Shown here: one piece after another, positions 26,601 through 34,324 of the stretch
Numbering within the stretch: position 1 is the first letter of the stretch
Layout of the letters: each line of letters begins with the position of its first letter
From: a virus
Virus genome (UHGV): UHGV-0135626
DNA length: 36,007 nt
Reading direction: 5' to 3' (one strand)
Program-made: the position numbers and the translations under genes
The notes under the pieces: generated by a model
What the model was told of the DNA's origin: nothing
What the model saw: the letters and a program-made list of their open reading frames with translations, nothing else
The model's database searches: none

Positions 26601-27766
26601 TTGAACGTTCTAGTGCCGAAGTTACGACAAACATTGAGGCATTGGCTAAAACAAACATCGATCTTGCTTTGCGTCAGGATGAAGATCAGCACAAGCAGAT
26701 GGTGAGTAATGCGAAGATCACCACAACTCAGAAGGCTTTTGCAGACGATATATCTGCAATGGCTACGAAAATGGAGGAAATTCGCGCTGAAATAAATGAG
26801 GATATCAGAGCTTCAATCACTGAAGAAACAACGGCTCGTGTAGATGCTGATAATGCTATTGCAAGCAGAATCACCAAACTTGAATCAAAGATTAACGATG
26901 ATATTTCTGCCGCAATTGTGAGTGAACAAGAGGCACGAGCTAGTGCCGATGAAGCACTTTCAAAAGAAATACTATCGTTACAAGCCAAAATTGAAGGCGA
27001 TATTAGTGCAGCTATATCTGAAGAAAAAATTGCCCGAGCAACTGCTGATGAATCTTTAGCACAACAGATAACCACATTGAAGAGCCAGACGGGTAAAGAT
27101 ATTAAGGCGGCTGTAGCAGAAGAGACGAAAGCCAGAACTGACGCTGATTCGGCTTTGGCTTCTAGTATCACTAATCTACAGGCGCAAACGAGCAAAGATA
27201 TTAATGCCGCGATTACGTCTGAGGCAACTGTGCGCACAAACGCCGACAATGCTCTAAGTGGACGAATTGACACCTTAAAAGCATCAGTTGATGGAAATAC
27301 AGCGACAATTCAAGAGCAGGCAACTGCTATTGCTGATACTAACAAAAAGGTTTCAACCGCGTGGACGTTGAAGATGGAAACGTCAACAAGTGGTGGGCAA
27401 AAATATGTCGCAGGTATTGCGCTTGGAATTGACACCACGGGGCTTTCCCAGTTTTTGGTGCAAGCAGATCGATTTGGTCTAGTTAACTCAGTTAACGGAA
27501 AGATCACCACACCATTTGTTATCGAAAACAGCGTTGCATACATGAATGGTGCGTATATTAAGGATGGTACTATCACAAATGCAAAGGTAGGTGACTTGCA
27601 ATCAACAAACTTCGTAAGCGGACGAGTCGGATGGCGATTTGGTAAAAATGGAACGCTTGAGATCAACGGCAATAGTGGCGGCAATGGGAGATTGGTTATA
27701 AATGGTCAGAGGATTGACGTTTATGATGACAATAATGTCCTTCGAGTGAGGATTGGTCAGCTTTGA
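23606..27766 (+). CDS. Host specificity protein / central tail fibre (lambda gpJ-like)
   Basis: About 1386 aa, the largest tail gene after the L/K/I-like genes; fibronectin-III-like segments and a C-terminal repeat region. Start at ATG 23606 (SD AAGGA); the track ORF starts with TTG at 23600. Confidence 0.85.
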   Translation: MEQFKKKKLPLFIAGAGGKKSSKSSSRTPVEADDTVNSRAMAAILDLLGEGVIGGLVNGARSIFIDDLPIVNEDGSSNFSGITWDFRDGSQDQTPMSGFDFVETPKSVNIQLKKTHYVTVSIDNDEADRVRVIIKFPSLRSIDKKTGDTNGTTVEYKFQIANGDSTFVDVVAEGEKSVGIKLTAKKTGVYYRSYELKLPKPGRAYKVRVVRITDDNSSQYLYNDTWVDSIGEIVDTPMNYPNSVLVGLKVNSEQFGSTMPSRSYLVRGLKIRVPSNYNESSNTYVGVWDGTFKLLSSSNPAWILFDLLTNERYGLGQFVSESMIDLGQLYQIGRYCDEEVDDGFGGKEKRFAINTQITSRQDAYRLIQDIAGAFRGMVFWAGGMVNIMQDSPSDPVMMFTNSNVKDGLFTYKGSARKDRPSVALVTYNNKEDGYKQNIEYVEDQDAMRRYGERKTEVVAFGCTSRGQAHRVGLWLLYTARMESDVITFTAGLDASFLMPGETVLIQNKYRAGKRNSGRIVAFTKNSVTLDAPVSLAKGGCFIRILNQEGKIVERDVLETGENITKVTFSKALSSAETPVLNGVWTITEPDLEPMRVRIVNIAQGETPGSFDITAVENNPSKYEAIDNGATLIPQNTTVLDPTYSKPSNLQITEGTYLSSPGNLSVKLTATWEGKSPEYWISWRRSDENNVSNWQSARVTEEQYEIVNVAENGRYDFQLYAVSFNGKKTEIISTVYQVLGTMTPPDAPTSLTAVGDYRNVILNWVNPDSVDLDHINVYASQTNNLDTAKLIAESASTTFTHAGLGDSETWYYWVRASNKRGMLSPPNSNLGTEATTRDVLSFLTGKITSSELGQTLLEEIDSKVSQEAVDSIYQQMEESLKILDDKFTDADQRLEEAQNNLKTEVSGTVSKVEDALKEVANSNAALIQLQETVSEQGKAVAGAVEAANAALDNSSALIAEEREARVEGDLANAKEIEAMKSTVDSSLATIEEMKKTVAEVERSSAEVTTNIEALAKTNIDLALRQDEDQHKQMVSNAKITTTQKAFADDISAMATKMEEIRAEINEDIRASITEETTARVDADNAIASRITKLESKINDDISAAIVSEQEARASADEALSKEILSLQAKIEGDISAAISEEKIARATADESLAQQITTLKSQTGKDIKAAVAEETKARTDADSALASSITNLQAQTSKDINAAITSEATVRTNADNALSGRIDTLKASVDGNTATIQEQATAIADTNKKVSTAWTLKMETSTSGGQKYVAGIALGIDTTGLSQFLVQADRFGLVNSVNGKITTPFVIENSVAYMNGAYIKDGTITNAKVGDLQSTNFVSGRVGWRFGKNGTLEINGNSGGNGRLVINGQRIDVYDDNNVLRVRIGQL
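26700..27340 (+). repeat. In-frame tandem coding repeats (about 28-aa units) within the J-like gene
   Basis: Six to seven successive units of the form D/E-I-x-A-A-I-x-x-E-x-x-A-R-x-x-A-D-x-A-L-x-x-x-I-x-x-L; the boundaries are approximate. Confidence 0.6.
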
Positions 27767-27859
27767 TTGTGGAAAAAAATAATCATTTCTGTAAAAATAG
27801 GTAGGTACTAACTTAATGGTGGGCATGGAACGCCCACCATATCTAGGAGCAAAGGATAA

Positions 27860-30205
27860 ATGTGGTACAGGGAAGGTACAATAAATCTCACTAAAGGAAA
27901 TAAAACTGTAGTGGGAACAGGCACAGCCTGGGGAGTGACGGCGAACGGCGTCCTTCCAGGTATGATATTGATTGGCCCCGATAATAAGTTATATGAAATA
28001 AAATCAATCGAGAGTGACACTTCGTTAACTCTTGTTGAAGCCTACGGTGGTAGCACCCAAACAAATGTCCCGTGCAGAATAATTACGACCTATGAAGGTG
28101 ATTTAACCCAATTTAGTGCTCGTTTTACTGCGCTTATGTCTCGCATGTCAGCCGATTCAAAAATGATGCGTAGTTGGTTGACTGCCGTGGATGAAATAAC
28201 AATTGAGCGTGAAGATGGCACGGAATTAACCGTAAAATCCCTTACGCAGATCGTTAATGAGCACAATGAGAACCTAGAATGGTATAAAGAAAATACTCCC
28301 ATAATTAACACCGCTGCACAAAAAGCTAAAGAGGCGGCAGCGAGCGCAACAGCGGCCAAAAAATCAGAAACTAACTCAAAAGCGAGTGAGACAGCTTCAA
28401 AGACTAGCGAAACTAATGCGAAAAATAGCGAGGTAGCTGCAAAATCGAGTCAGAGTGCTGCCGCAAACTCCGCTACCGCAGCAAAAAACAGCCAGGATGC
28501 AGCAGCCGAAAGCGAGAGTGCTGCAGCTGGTTCTGCGACTTCAGCAGCTGGATCAGCAACTGCTGCGGCTAACAGCCAGAAAGCTGCGAAGACGAGTGAA
28601 ACTAACGCAAAGTCCAGCCAGACGGCAGCAAAGACCAGCGAAACGAATGCCAAAGCCAGCGAAACTGCGGCGAAAAGCAGTCAGGATGCAGCAGCCGAAA
28701 GCGAGAGTGCTGCAGCCGGTTCTGCAACAGCGGCAGCTAATAGCCAAAAAGCTGCAAAAACCAGTGAAACTAACGCAAAGGCGAGCGAAACAAAAGCAGC
28801 AGCCAGCGAGACAGAAGCAACGTCAGCCGCAACAAGAGCAGAGAATGCAGCCAGGATTGCAGAAGATGCCGCTGATCCTGCTTCTGTCCCTCCGCTTCCT
28901 GATATCTGGCTACCCTTGAATGATTCTCTGGAAGCGATAACAGGGTATGCGCCGGGGTATAAAACAATAACCATCGGCAGCGATGAAATCACTGTGCCAG
29001 TTAATGGCATATGCCAATTTAGCCGGGCTTCATCTGCAACGTATATTGATAAGTCCGGGCATATTACCGTGGCAGGGAATAACGTTCCTCGTTTTGAAAA
29101 ATATGGTTTGCTGATAGAGAATCAGCGAACAAACATGTTCGTAAATAGTTTTAATCCTGATGCGTGGAATAAAAGCGGTGGTATATCTGTAACATCATCA
29201 ACAGATGAATTTGAGTTTAAATATGGACGTTTCACAGTAGGAAGCGACATAGCAGGAACGACAACAGGGAGAAATATATGCACAGTTGCTGGTAATAGAG
29301 GCATAGATGTGACTGGCGATGATCAGTACAGTAAAGGTCCGTATGTTACCGCGTCGTTCAGGGTAAGAAGTGATCTCAATGTTCGCGCACGTATCCGTTT
29401 TGAACGGTATAACTCGGAAGGATACACTTTCCTTTGTGACGCCTATTTGTCATTACAGACCCATGAACTACAAATTACGGGTGATAATGCCCAGCTATTA
29501 ACAGCAAACTTTGAAATCGATCCAGGTAGTGGATGGATATATTTTCAGGCAACCCTGAAATGTCTGCCAGAATGGGGAATGGTTGGTACGCAGTTGCAAA
29601 TTGCAGCCGACAGAGCTGTGGGGTCTTTTGCAACAGGTGACTGGATAGAAGTAACCACCCCGCAATTTGAGTATGGTGCTTGTGCAACTTCCTTTATCAT
29701 AACGACAACAGAGCCAGCTACTCGTGCATCAGATTTATGTAAATTTCCGCTGATGAAAAATATGTATACCATGCCTTTTACGTTCATGGTGGAAGTCCAT
29801 AAAAACTGGTTTATTTCTCATAATGCTGCACCGCGAGTAATTGATACAGAAAACCATCAGTCAGGTGCTCCATTTATCATGGGATTTGGCTCTTCTGGAA
29901 CTATCAGTCAGGACGGTTATCCCTATTGTGATATAGGCGGGGCTAACCGACGTGTATATGAGTCATGCGGAGTAAGAGATCTCGTTATGGGATTCAGGGT
30001 TAAGGCTGACGGCATGACATGCTCATTTGCAAATAAGCATATAAGCACAGAAACAAAAACAGTATGGAAATATATTCGTGAAGCTGCTGTGATTCGTATC
30101 GGGGGACAAACGACGACAGGATTACGACACCTTAATGGACATATAAAAAACCTCCGTTTCTGGAACAGAGCATTGTCAGATACGCAGCTTAAGGAATACG
30201 TATAA
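27860..30205 (+). CDS. Tail fibre protein with Ala/Ser/Glu/Thr-rich repeat shaft
   Basis: 781 aa: conserved N-terminus, low-complexity repeat region, then a Gly/Tyr/Trp-rich C-terminal domain with lower GC, as expected for a receptor-binding domain. Confidence 0.75.
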   Translation: MWYREGTINLTKGNKTVVGTGTAWGVTANGVLPGMILIGPDNKLYEIKSIESDTSLTLVEAYGGSTQTNVPCRIITTYEGDLTQFSARFTALMSRMSADSKMMRSWLTAVDEITIEREDGTELTVKSLTQIVNEHNENLEWYKENTPIINTAAQKAKEAAASATAAKKSETNSKASETASKTSETNAKNSEVAAKSSQSAAANSATAAKNSQDAAAESESAAAGSATSAAGSATAAANSQKAAKTSETNAKSSQTAAKTSETNAKASETAAKSSQDAAAESESAAAGSATAAANSQKAAKTSETNAKASETKAAASETEATSAATRAENAARIAEDAADPASVPPLPDIWLPLNDSLEAITGYAPGYKTITIGSDEITVPVNGICQFSRASSATYIDKSGHITVAGNNVPRFEKYGLLIENQRTNMFVNSFNPDAWNKSGGISVTSSTDEFEFKYGRFTVGSDIAGTTTGRNICTVAGNRGIDVTGDDQYSKGPYVTASFRVRSDLNVRARIRFERYNSEGYTFLCDAYLSLQTHELQITGDNAQLLTANFEIDPGSGWIYFQATLKCLPEWGMVGTQLQIAADRAVGSFATGDWIEVTTPQFEYGACATSFIITTTEPATRASDLCKFPLMKNMYTMPFTFMVEVHKNWFISHNAAPRVIDTENHQSGAPFIMGFGSSGTISQDGYPYCDIGGANRRVYESCGVRDLVMGFRVKADGMTCSFANKHISTETKTVWKYIREAAVIRIGGQTTTGLRHLNGHIKNLRFWNRALSDTQLKEYV
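28330..28870 (+). repeat. Imperfect tandem DNA repeats encoding the fibre shaft
   Basis: Near-identical segments recur about 190 bp apart, e.g. CAGGATGCAGCAGCCGAAAGCGAGAGTGCTGCAGC at 28492 and 28682, and AGTGAAACTAACGCAAAG at about 28588 and 28759. Confidence 0.7.
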
Positions 30206-30474
30206 TGCGGGATATAACATTACGATTCGATAACAGAGAACAGTTTAACGCAATTGTATATGACAGTGGCCTGTTCAGTCTTGAAGAAGAAAATGGGGTT
30301 CTTGTTGATGTTATTGGCTGCATTATTGATTACGAGGAGCCAGAAAACGAAAGATGTACAGGCATTGATCGCGGTGGTTTTTTCGTAAACATGAGGATTG
30401 TTGATAGCAGTAAAAACATATCTTCTTTAATGCCTTTCATTACGACAGATCAGCATGTAAGGACATGGGCTTAA
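30205..30474 (+). CDS. Hypothetical protein in the fibre cassette (possible fibre assembly or adaptor protein)
   Basis: 89-aa ORF with TAATG overlap with the fibre gene stop and SD AAGGAA. AT-rich; no motif recognised. Confidence 0.45.
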   Translation: MRDITLRFDNREQFNAIVYDSGLFSLEEENGVLVDVIGCIIDYEEPENERCTGIDRGGFFVNMRIVDSSKNISSLMPFITTDQHVRTWA

Positions 30475-30486
30475 TGGAGTAAGACA

Positions 30487-31527
30487 ATGGTTACAAAAAC
30501 AGTAATTCCTGATGACATCAAAACGCTAAAATCGGATGTTAGTAAATTAAAAACCGATCAAGGAAACTACGCAACAAAATCTTATGTAGACAATAAAACA
30601 ACATGGAATGGTTATTGCAATTTAATCTATGATCAAAAAACATTGCCAACAACTGGAACTATATTCAGCGGTAAGCTGCATTTGTCAAATAAGACTGGTG
30701 AAACGGAAAACGCTTATAGTGACATATATACCAGAAAAAATATTGATGGTACTAAAGATACAATGACGAGGATCGTCACACATAACGGGACAAAAGGTAT
30801 CTTTTGGGACTTTAGTGATCTTAACGGAGGAACTTTAATTTTTCCAGGCAGTGGTGGTTATCTTAAGATGGGGAACTGCCTCATGTCGTATGGTGTGCGG
30901 GGAAGTAACGCGCTTATTAAGTTTGATTACACCGACACATTACAGATCAAATATGCCAATCATGGGTCAACCATGACATTAAACACACAGGGAACCGCTT
31001 ATGCTGGTGTTACTGCTCAATTGTGGGGCAACTCCAGTCGTCCAGTTGTTTATGAAATTAGGGATGATGGCGGGCTTTTTTTGTTTTATGCACAAAGGAA
31101 CCCAGATAAAACCTATCAGCTTGAGATAAACGGGCCATGCAAGGCTACATCATTCGACCAGGTGTCGGACAGAGATCTTAAAGAAAACATTCAGGTTATT
31201 GATAATGCCACTGAGCGCATCAGATTAATGAATGGGTATACTTACCGTCTCAAGTCTAATGGTATGCCTTATGCTGGCGTTATTGCGCAAGAGGCACTTA
31301 ATGCAATCCCTGAATCAGTTGGTAGCACAATAAAGTACAAGAGCGGGGACAATGGGTCTGATGGAGAAGAGGGAGAAAGATACTATACCGTCGATTACTC
31401 AGGCGTAACGGGTTTGCTTGTTCAGGTAGCCAGAGAGTCAGACGACAGGATAACAGCACTGGAAGAAGAAAACGCAGAATTAAGACAAAGATTATCTGCA
31501 ATTGAGGCGGCGCTTGCGTCTAAATAA
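30487..31527 (+). CDS. Tail fibre protein with C-terminal intramolecular chaperone (peptidase S74-type) domain
   Basis: 346 aa, SD GGAG 7 nt upstream. Residues 227-234 SDRDLKEN match the autoproteolysis site of endosialidase/T5-type fibre chaperone domains; a terminal helical segment (EEENAELRQRLSAIEAALASK) follows. Confidence 0.75.
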   Translation: MVTKTVIPDDIKTLKSDVSKLKTDQGNYATKSYVDNKTTWNGYCNLIYDQKTLPTTGTIFSGKLHLSNKTGETENAYSDIYTRKNIDGTKDTMTRIVTHNGTKGIFWDFSDLNGGTLIFPGSGGYLKMGNCLMSYGVRGSNALIKFDYTDTLQIKYANHGSTMTLNTQGTAYAGVTAQLWGNSSRPVVYEIRDDGGLFLFYAQRNPDKTYQLEINGPCKATSFDQVSDRDLKENIQVIDNATERIRLMNGYTYRLKSNGMPYAGVIAQEALNAIPESVGSTIKYKSGDNGSDGEEGERYYTVDYSGVTGLLVQVARESDDRITALEEENAELRQRLSAIEAALASK

Positions 31528-31533
31528 TATCAA

Positions 31534-31556
31534 GGGGCCGAGCGCCCCGTTTTATT
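31534..31556 (+). terminator. Rho-independent terminator after the fibre gene
   Basis: GGGGC-cgagc-GCCCC followed by GTTTTATT. Confidence 0.65.
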
Positions 31557-31569
31557 GGGTAGGATGAAA

Positions 31570-31854
31570 ATGGATATAACACCTTTCCTTCATGCGCTTT
31601 GTGCTGTGGCTGCGCAGCTACTGATTGGTCTTTTTACCGGGAACTGGGTTTACGGGGCGATAGCCGGTTGTACGTTCTTCATTGCGCGTGAACACACCCA
31701 GGCAGAATATCGCTGGATTGAAATGTTCGGGCATGGCAAGCGTATGAATATGCCGTGGTGGGGCGGTTTTGATCCGCGCGCTTGGGATGTAGCAAGCCTG
31801 ATGGATTTTGCGATTCCACTTTTAGCGTGCACATTATTATATATTTTTATTTAA
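31570..31854 (+). CDS. Small membrane protein with two predicted transmembrane helices (holin, moron or exclusion protein)
   Basis: About 94 aa from ATG 31570 (SD AGGA 5 nt upstream); hydrophobic segments AVAAQLLIGLFTGNWVYGAIAGCTFFIA and ASLMDFAIPLLACTLLYIFI. Lies between a terminator and an AT-rich promoter region. Confidence 0.45.
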   Translation: MDITPFLHALCAVAAQLLIGLFTGNWVYGAIAGCTFFIAREHTQAEYRWIEMFGHGKRMNMPWWGGFDPRAWDVASLMDFAIPLLACTLLYIFI

Positions 31855-31946
31855 TATAAGATTAACTGAGATATAGCTTACGCAAAGAAGGTAATAAATA
31901 TAAAGAGAGATGTTCTGAGGTAATTTATTGTTGGTGTTTAAGGTTA

Positions 31947-31976
31947 TTTACAGATAGGTAAGTGCATACCTATATA
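31947..31976 (+). promoter_or_regulatory. Candidate sigma70-type promoter with an embedded operator palindrome
   Basis: -35-like TTTACA (31947-31952), 18-bp spacer, -10-like TATATA (31971-31976). The spacer holds the perfect inverted repeat ATAGGTA-agtgca-TACCTAT (31954-31973). Confidence 0.45.
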
Positions 31977-32035
31977 AAAAAGATAAAATGTGATATAAAT
32001 CCGCCATCCCGATTTGACTTTTCATGGAGGAAAAT

Positions 32036-32359
32036 ATGTCGAACGAGATGGCGGGCGTAACAACAGAGCAAGTTGAGCGCATTGCCGCGATCGTTGCTCG
32101 GGAGGTTGTCGGCAAATTAGGTAAAGAGCTACGTGAAGAAATTGGCCAGGAGGTCAACGATCAGCTGAAAACCTACTTTGGTGATATGACCCCGGCGCAA
32201 CATAGTATTCAACACTCCAACCTGGACAAACTCCTTAACCGGTTAGATTCCATCTCCAGTGGGTTCTTTGGCGGCATTGTTTCTAAAATAACGTCGTTCA
32301 TTATTACCGCACTGCTTTTGGGGTTAGCCGCGTATGGCGTGAAAAATGGACTGCAATAA
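32036..32359 (+). CDS. Small protein with one C-terminal transmembrane helix (holin or antiholin candidate)
   Basis: Start at ATG 32036 with SD GGAGG 5 nt upstream (track ORF starts 32024). C-terminal hydrophobic segment ITSFIITALLLGLAAYGV; directly upstream of the putative endolysin. Confidence 0.45.
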   Translation: MSNEMAGVTTEQVERIAAIVAREVVGKLGKELREEIGQEVNDQLKTYFGDMTPAQHSIQHSNLDKLLNRLDSISSGFFGGIVSKITSFIITALLLGLAAYGVKNGLQ

Positions 32360-32372
32360 CAGGAGATCAAGG

Positions 32373-33065
32373 ATGAAGACTCCGAGAGGCATTCGTAACA
32401 ATAACCCCGGTAATCTTGATAAAGGATCGCCGTGGCAAGGTCTGGTTGCTAATCCAGACGAACCCCGCTTTTGCACGTTTAAAGACCCTGTTTGGGGGAT
32501 TCGTGCGCTGGCGGTGACTCTAATTACCTACCACGACAAACGTCGCGCAAAAGACGGCTCAAGTATCGATACCATTCGTGAAGTTATTGAACGCTGGGCA
32601 CCGCCGAACGAAAATAACACTGACGCCTATATTAATGAGGTGTCCAAAGCAGTTGGTGTAACCGCAGACATGATTATCGATCTGCATGATTACGACATCC
32701 TTCGACCTTTAGTTGAGGCAATCATTCGCCACGAGAATGGCCGAGGCCCGCTAAAAACGCTGAACACCTGGTATGCGGCAGAAGTTATTGAGGAAGGTCT
32801 GCGTCGAGCTGGCGTCGTTAAGCCGGTGAAAACGGTGAAGGCTGTTCCTGTAACGAAAGAAACCGCAGGCGCAACTGTTACAGCAGGTATTGGTCTGGCG
32901 CAGCTTGCCGATGTTATGCCGCAGATTTCCGCTGCTATGGATAAAGCACAAGGTCATATCTCTAGCGGGGATACAGTACGCATCATCTTCGGTATTGCCA
33001 CTATTGTTGTGGCAGGATTCATTGCCTGGTCGCAGGTAAGAAAACACCAGAAAGGGATGGTCTAA
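32373..33065 (+). CDS. Putative endolysin / cell-wall hydrolase with C-terminal transmembrane anchor
   Basis: Start at ATG 32373 (MKTPRGIRNNNPGNL) with SD AGGAG 7 nt upstream. Function inferred from position directly before Rz/Rz1; C-terminal hydrophobic segment IIFGIATIVVAGFIAW. No catalytic motif confidently recognised. Confidence 0.4.
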   Translation: MKTPRGIRNNNPGNLDKGSPWQGLVANPDEPRFCTFKDPVWGIRALAVTLITYHDKRRAKDGSSIDTIREVIERWAPPNENNTDAYINEVSKAVGVTADMIIDLHDYDILRPLVEAIIRHENGRGPLKTLNTWYAAEVIEEGLRRAGVVKPVKTVKAVPVTKETAGATVTAGIGLAQLADVMPQISAAMDKAQGHISSGDTVRIIFGIATIVVAGFIAWSQVRKHQKGMV

Positions 33066-33066
33066 T

Positions 33067-33318
33067 ATGCTAGGCAGCCTGATGACAAAGCTAAAAGTTG
33101 CTTTGATTATGCTGGCTGCCGTTCTTTTCGTTCTTGTCGGCGCTTACACGATGGGCGGAAATGCGGCGCGACGAGCAATGGAAGAGAAGGCAAAACAGGA
33201 AGACAGAAAACGACTTCAAAACACAGTGAAAGTGGTGAATGAGACGAGCAGTAAAATACGTCAGAAAGATGCTTCTGCCGTTCATCGTGAGTTGTATGAT
33301 AAGTGGGTGCGTCATTAA
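33067..33318 (+). CDS. Rz: Inner-membrane spanin (Rz-like)
   Basis: 83 aa with N-terminal transmembrane segment (LKVALIMLAAVLFVLVGAY) and a charged helical periplasmic part; a lipoprotein gene is embedded in the +1 frame. Confidence 0.65.
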   Translation: MLGSLMTKLKVALIMLAAVLFVLVGAYTMGGNAARRAMEEKAKQEDRKRLQNTVKVVNETSSKIRQKDASAVHRELYDKWVRH

Positions 33319-33454
33319 ACCACAAACAGCCAGCGTGTTGTTCTGCGATGGGGCTGAGCCTATCTATATCAGCAATAATGATGTAATGACTGAAGAAACC
33401 GAACGCCAAATCCTTTTTCACAATACGATGGGAGAGAGGGTTTGTGGTTGGTGA
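33239..33454 (+). CDS. Rz1: Outer-membrane lipoprotein spanin (Rz1-like), overlapping Rz in another frame
   Basis: 71-aa ORF starting inside the Rz gene and running past its stop. Lipoprotein signal with lipobox ISGC (MRRAVKYVRKMLLPFIVSCMISG|C); short mature peptide. Confidence 0.6.
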   Translation: MRRAVKYVRKMLLPFIVSCMISGCVIKPQTASVLFCDGAEPIYISNNDVMTEETERQILFHNTMGERVCGW

Positions 33455-33461
33455 TGTCGAA

Positions 33462-33483
33462 GTTCCCCTCAAATGAGGGGAAC
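33462..33483. terminator. Stem-loop between convergent genes; candidate bidirectional terminator
   Basis: GTTCCCCTC-aaat-GAGGGGAAC, a 9-bp stem between the Rz1 stop (33454) and the minus-strand toxin stop (33487). Confidence 0.55.
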
Positions 33484-33486
33484 ACA

Positions 33487-34008
33487 TTATTCTTCGAACA
33501 ATTTTTCGATAGATTTTGTAGGATAGAACAAAGAACGCTCGTTGTTACCAACCAGCTGGATAAAGCCTAAACTTTTATAAAACGCCTTGGCTTTGTCATT
33601 TAACGCCTCAACGAAAAGTCCATGAATGCCTACAGCAAGAGATGCATTGTACACAACGCGCATTGCATGTGTTACAAGCATTGAGCCAAATCCTTGACCT
33701 TGAAGGGACTTGTCCAAAGCCAGCCTACCCAAAGTAACACTTGGAACATTCCGATAAGGAACCTTCTTTTGTTTGCTTCTTGAAGGTAAGGACTCCTTTT
33801 CAAAACAACTACCTGACAAAGTGTAATATCCTAACACTTTTGGCCTTTCTTCTTGAGTGCAAAGCACATAAGCACGAAGAATTTTTCCCTCATGCTGCCT
33901 TTTTAAGTGGTTGGCTAAAAAGGCGTTTAGTGACTCTTCGCCGCAATCAAAACCGTTTAGATCATAATCTTTCTCTCCAGAGAAAATCTCTATCGTTGTA
34001 TTGCTCAC
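33487..34008 (-). CDS. GNAT-family acetyltransferase toxin of a type II toxin-antitoxin pair (TacT/AtaT/KacT-like)
   Basis: 173 aa; GNAT motifs (QGQGFGSMLVTHAM acyl-CoA loop, AKAFYKSLGF). Immediately downstream of, and co-oriented with, a DUF1778-type antitoxin gene. Confidence 0.8.
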   Translation of the reverse strand: MSNTTIEIFSGEKDYDLNGFDCGEESLNAFLANHLKRQHEGKILRAYVLCTQEERPKVLGYYTLSGSCFEKESLPSRSKQKKVPYRNVPSVTLGRLALDKSLQGQGFGSMLVTHAMRVVYNASLAVGIHGLFVEALNDKAKAFYKSLGFIQLVGNNERSLFYPTKSIEKLFEE

Positions 34009-34015
34009 GAGTAAA

Positions 34016-34285
34016 CTACTCCATGCTTTTCAGACGATCAGCAGCTCGTTTCAGCTTGTCGTTCGGTGCCGGAGGATTGCTTATAGCGTCCATAACCAGA
34101 TTCCAGGATTCTTCATTCAGAACTAGTCTACGGTGTTGCTCTATAACTTTCACGGCACGTTCAGATGCACTGCTAACCATAAACTGAGTAATGCTCTGGT
34201 TAGACATTGCGGCAGCTTCCTCGATGATGCTTTTATCGTCATCGGTTAATCTCAAATCGATGCGCTGCTTTTTTAGTGCTGACAT
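34016..34285 (-). CDS. DUF1778-type (RHH) antitoxin, TacA/AtaR-like
   Basis: Start at ATG 34285 (MSALKKQRIDLRLTDDDKSIIEEAA), preceded by a perfect SD AGGAGG with 5-nt spacer, giving 89 aa. The track ORF extends to a TTG at 34324. Confidence 0.8.
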   Translation of the reverse strand: MSALKKQRIDLRLTDDDKSIIEEAAAMSNQSITQFMVSSASERAVKVIEQHRRLVLNEESWNLVMDAISNPPAPNDKLKRAADRLKSME

Positions 34286-34324
34286 GTATTCCTCCTGATG
34301 GCCGTGATGTAGGAAGGCCATCAA

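Noticed and set aside
26728-27684. Minus-strand ORFs of 181 aa and 124 aa inside the J-like gene
   Set aside because: Antisense reading of the repetitive Ala-rich coding repeats; no start signals, and the plus-strand gene is continuous through the region.
26700-28870. Possible CRISPR array suggested by repeated sequence units
   Set aside because: The repeats are in-frame coding tandem repeats of variable sequence inside tail fibre genes, not short identical direct repeats with unique spacers; no cas genes are present.
28455-29010. Alternate-frame ORFs in the fibre repeat region (plus strand 154 aa Gln/Lys/Arg-rich; minus strand 109 aa)
   Set aside because: Products of the tandem repeat read in other frames; the real gene is the 781-aa frame, which has an SD and continues into a structured C-terminal domain.
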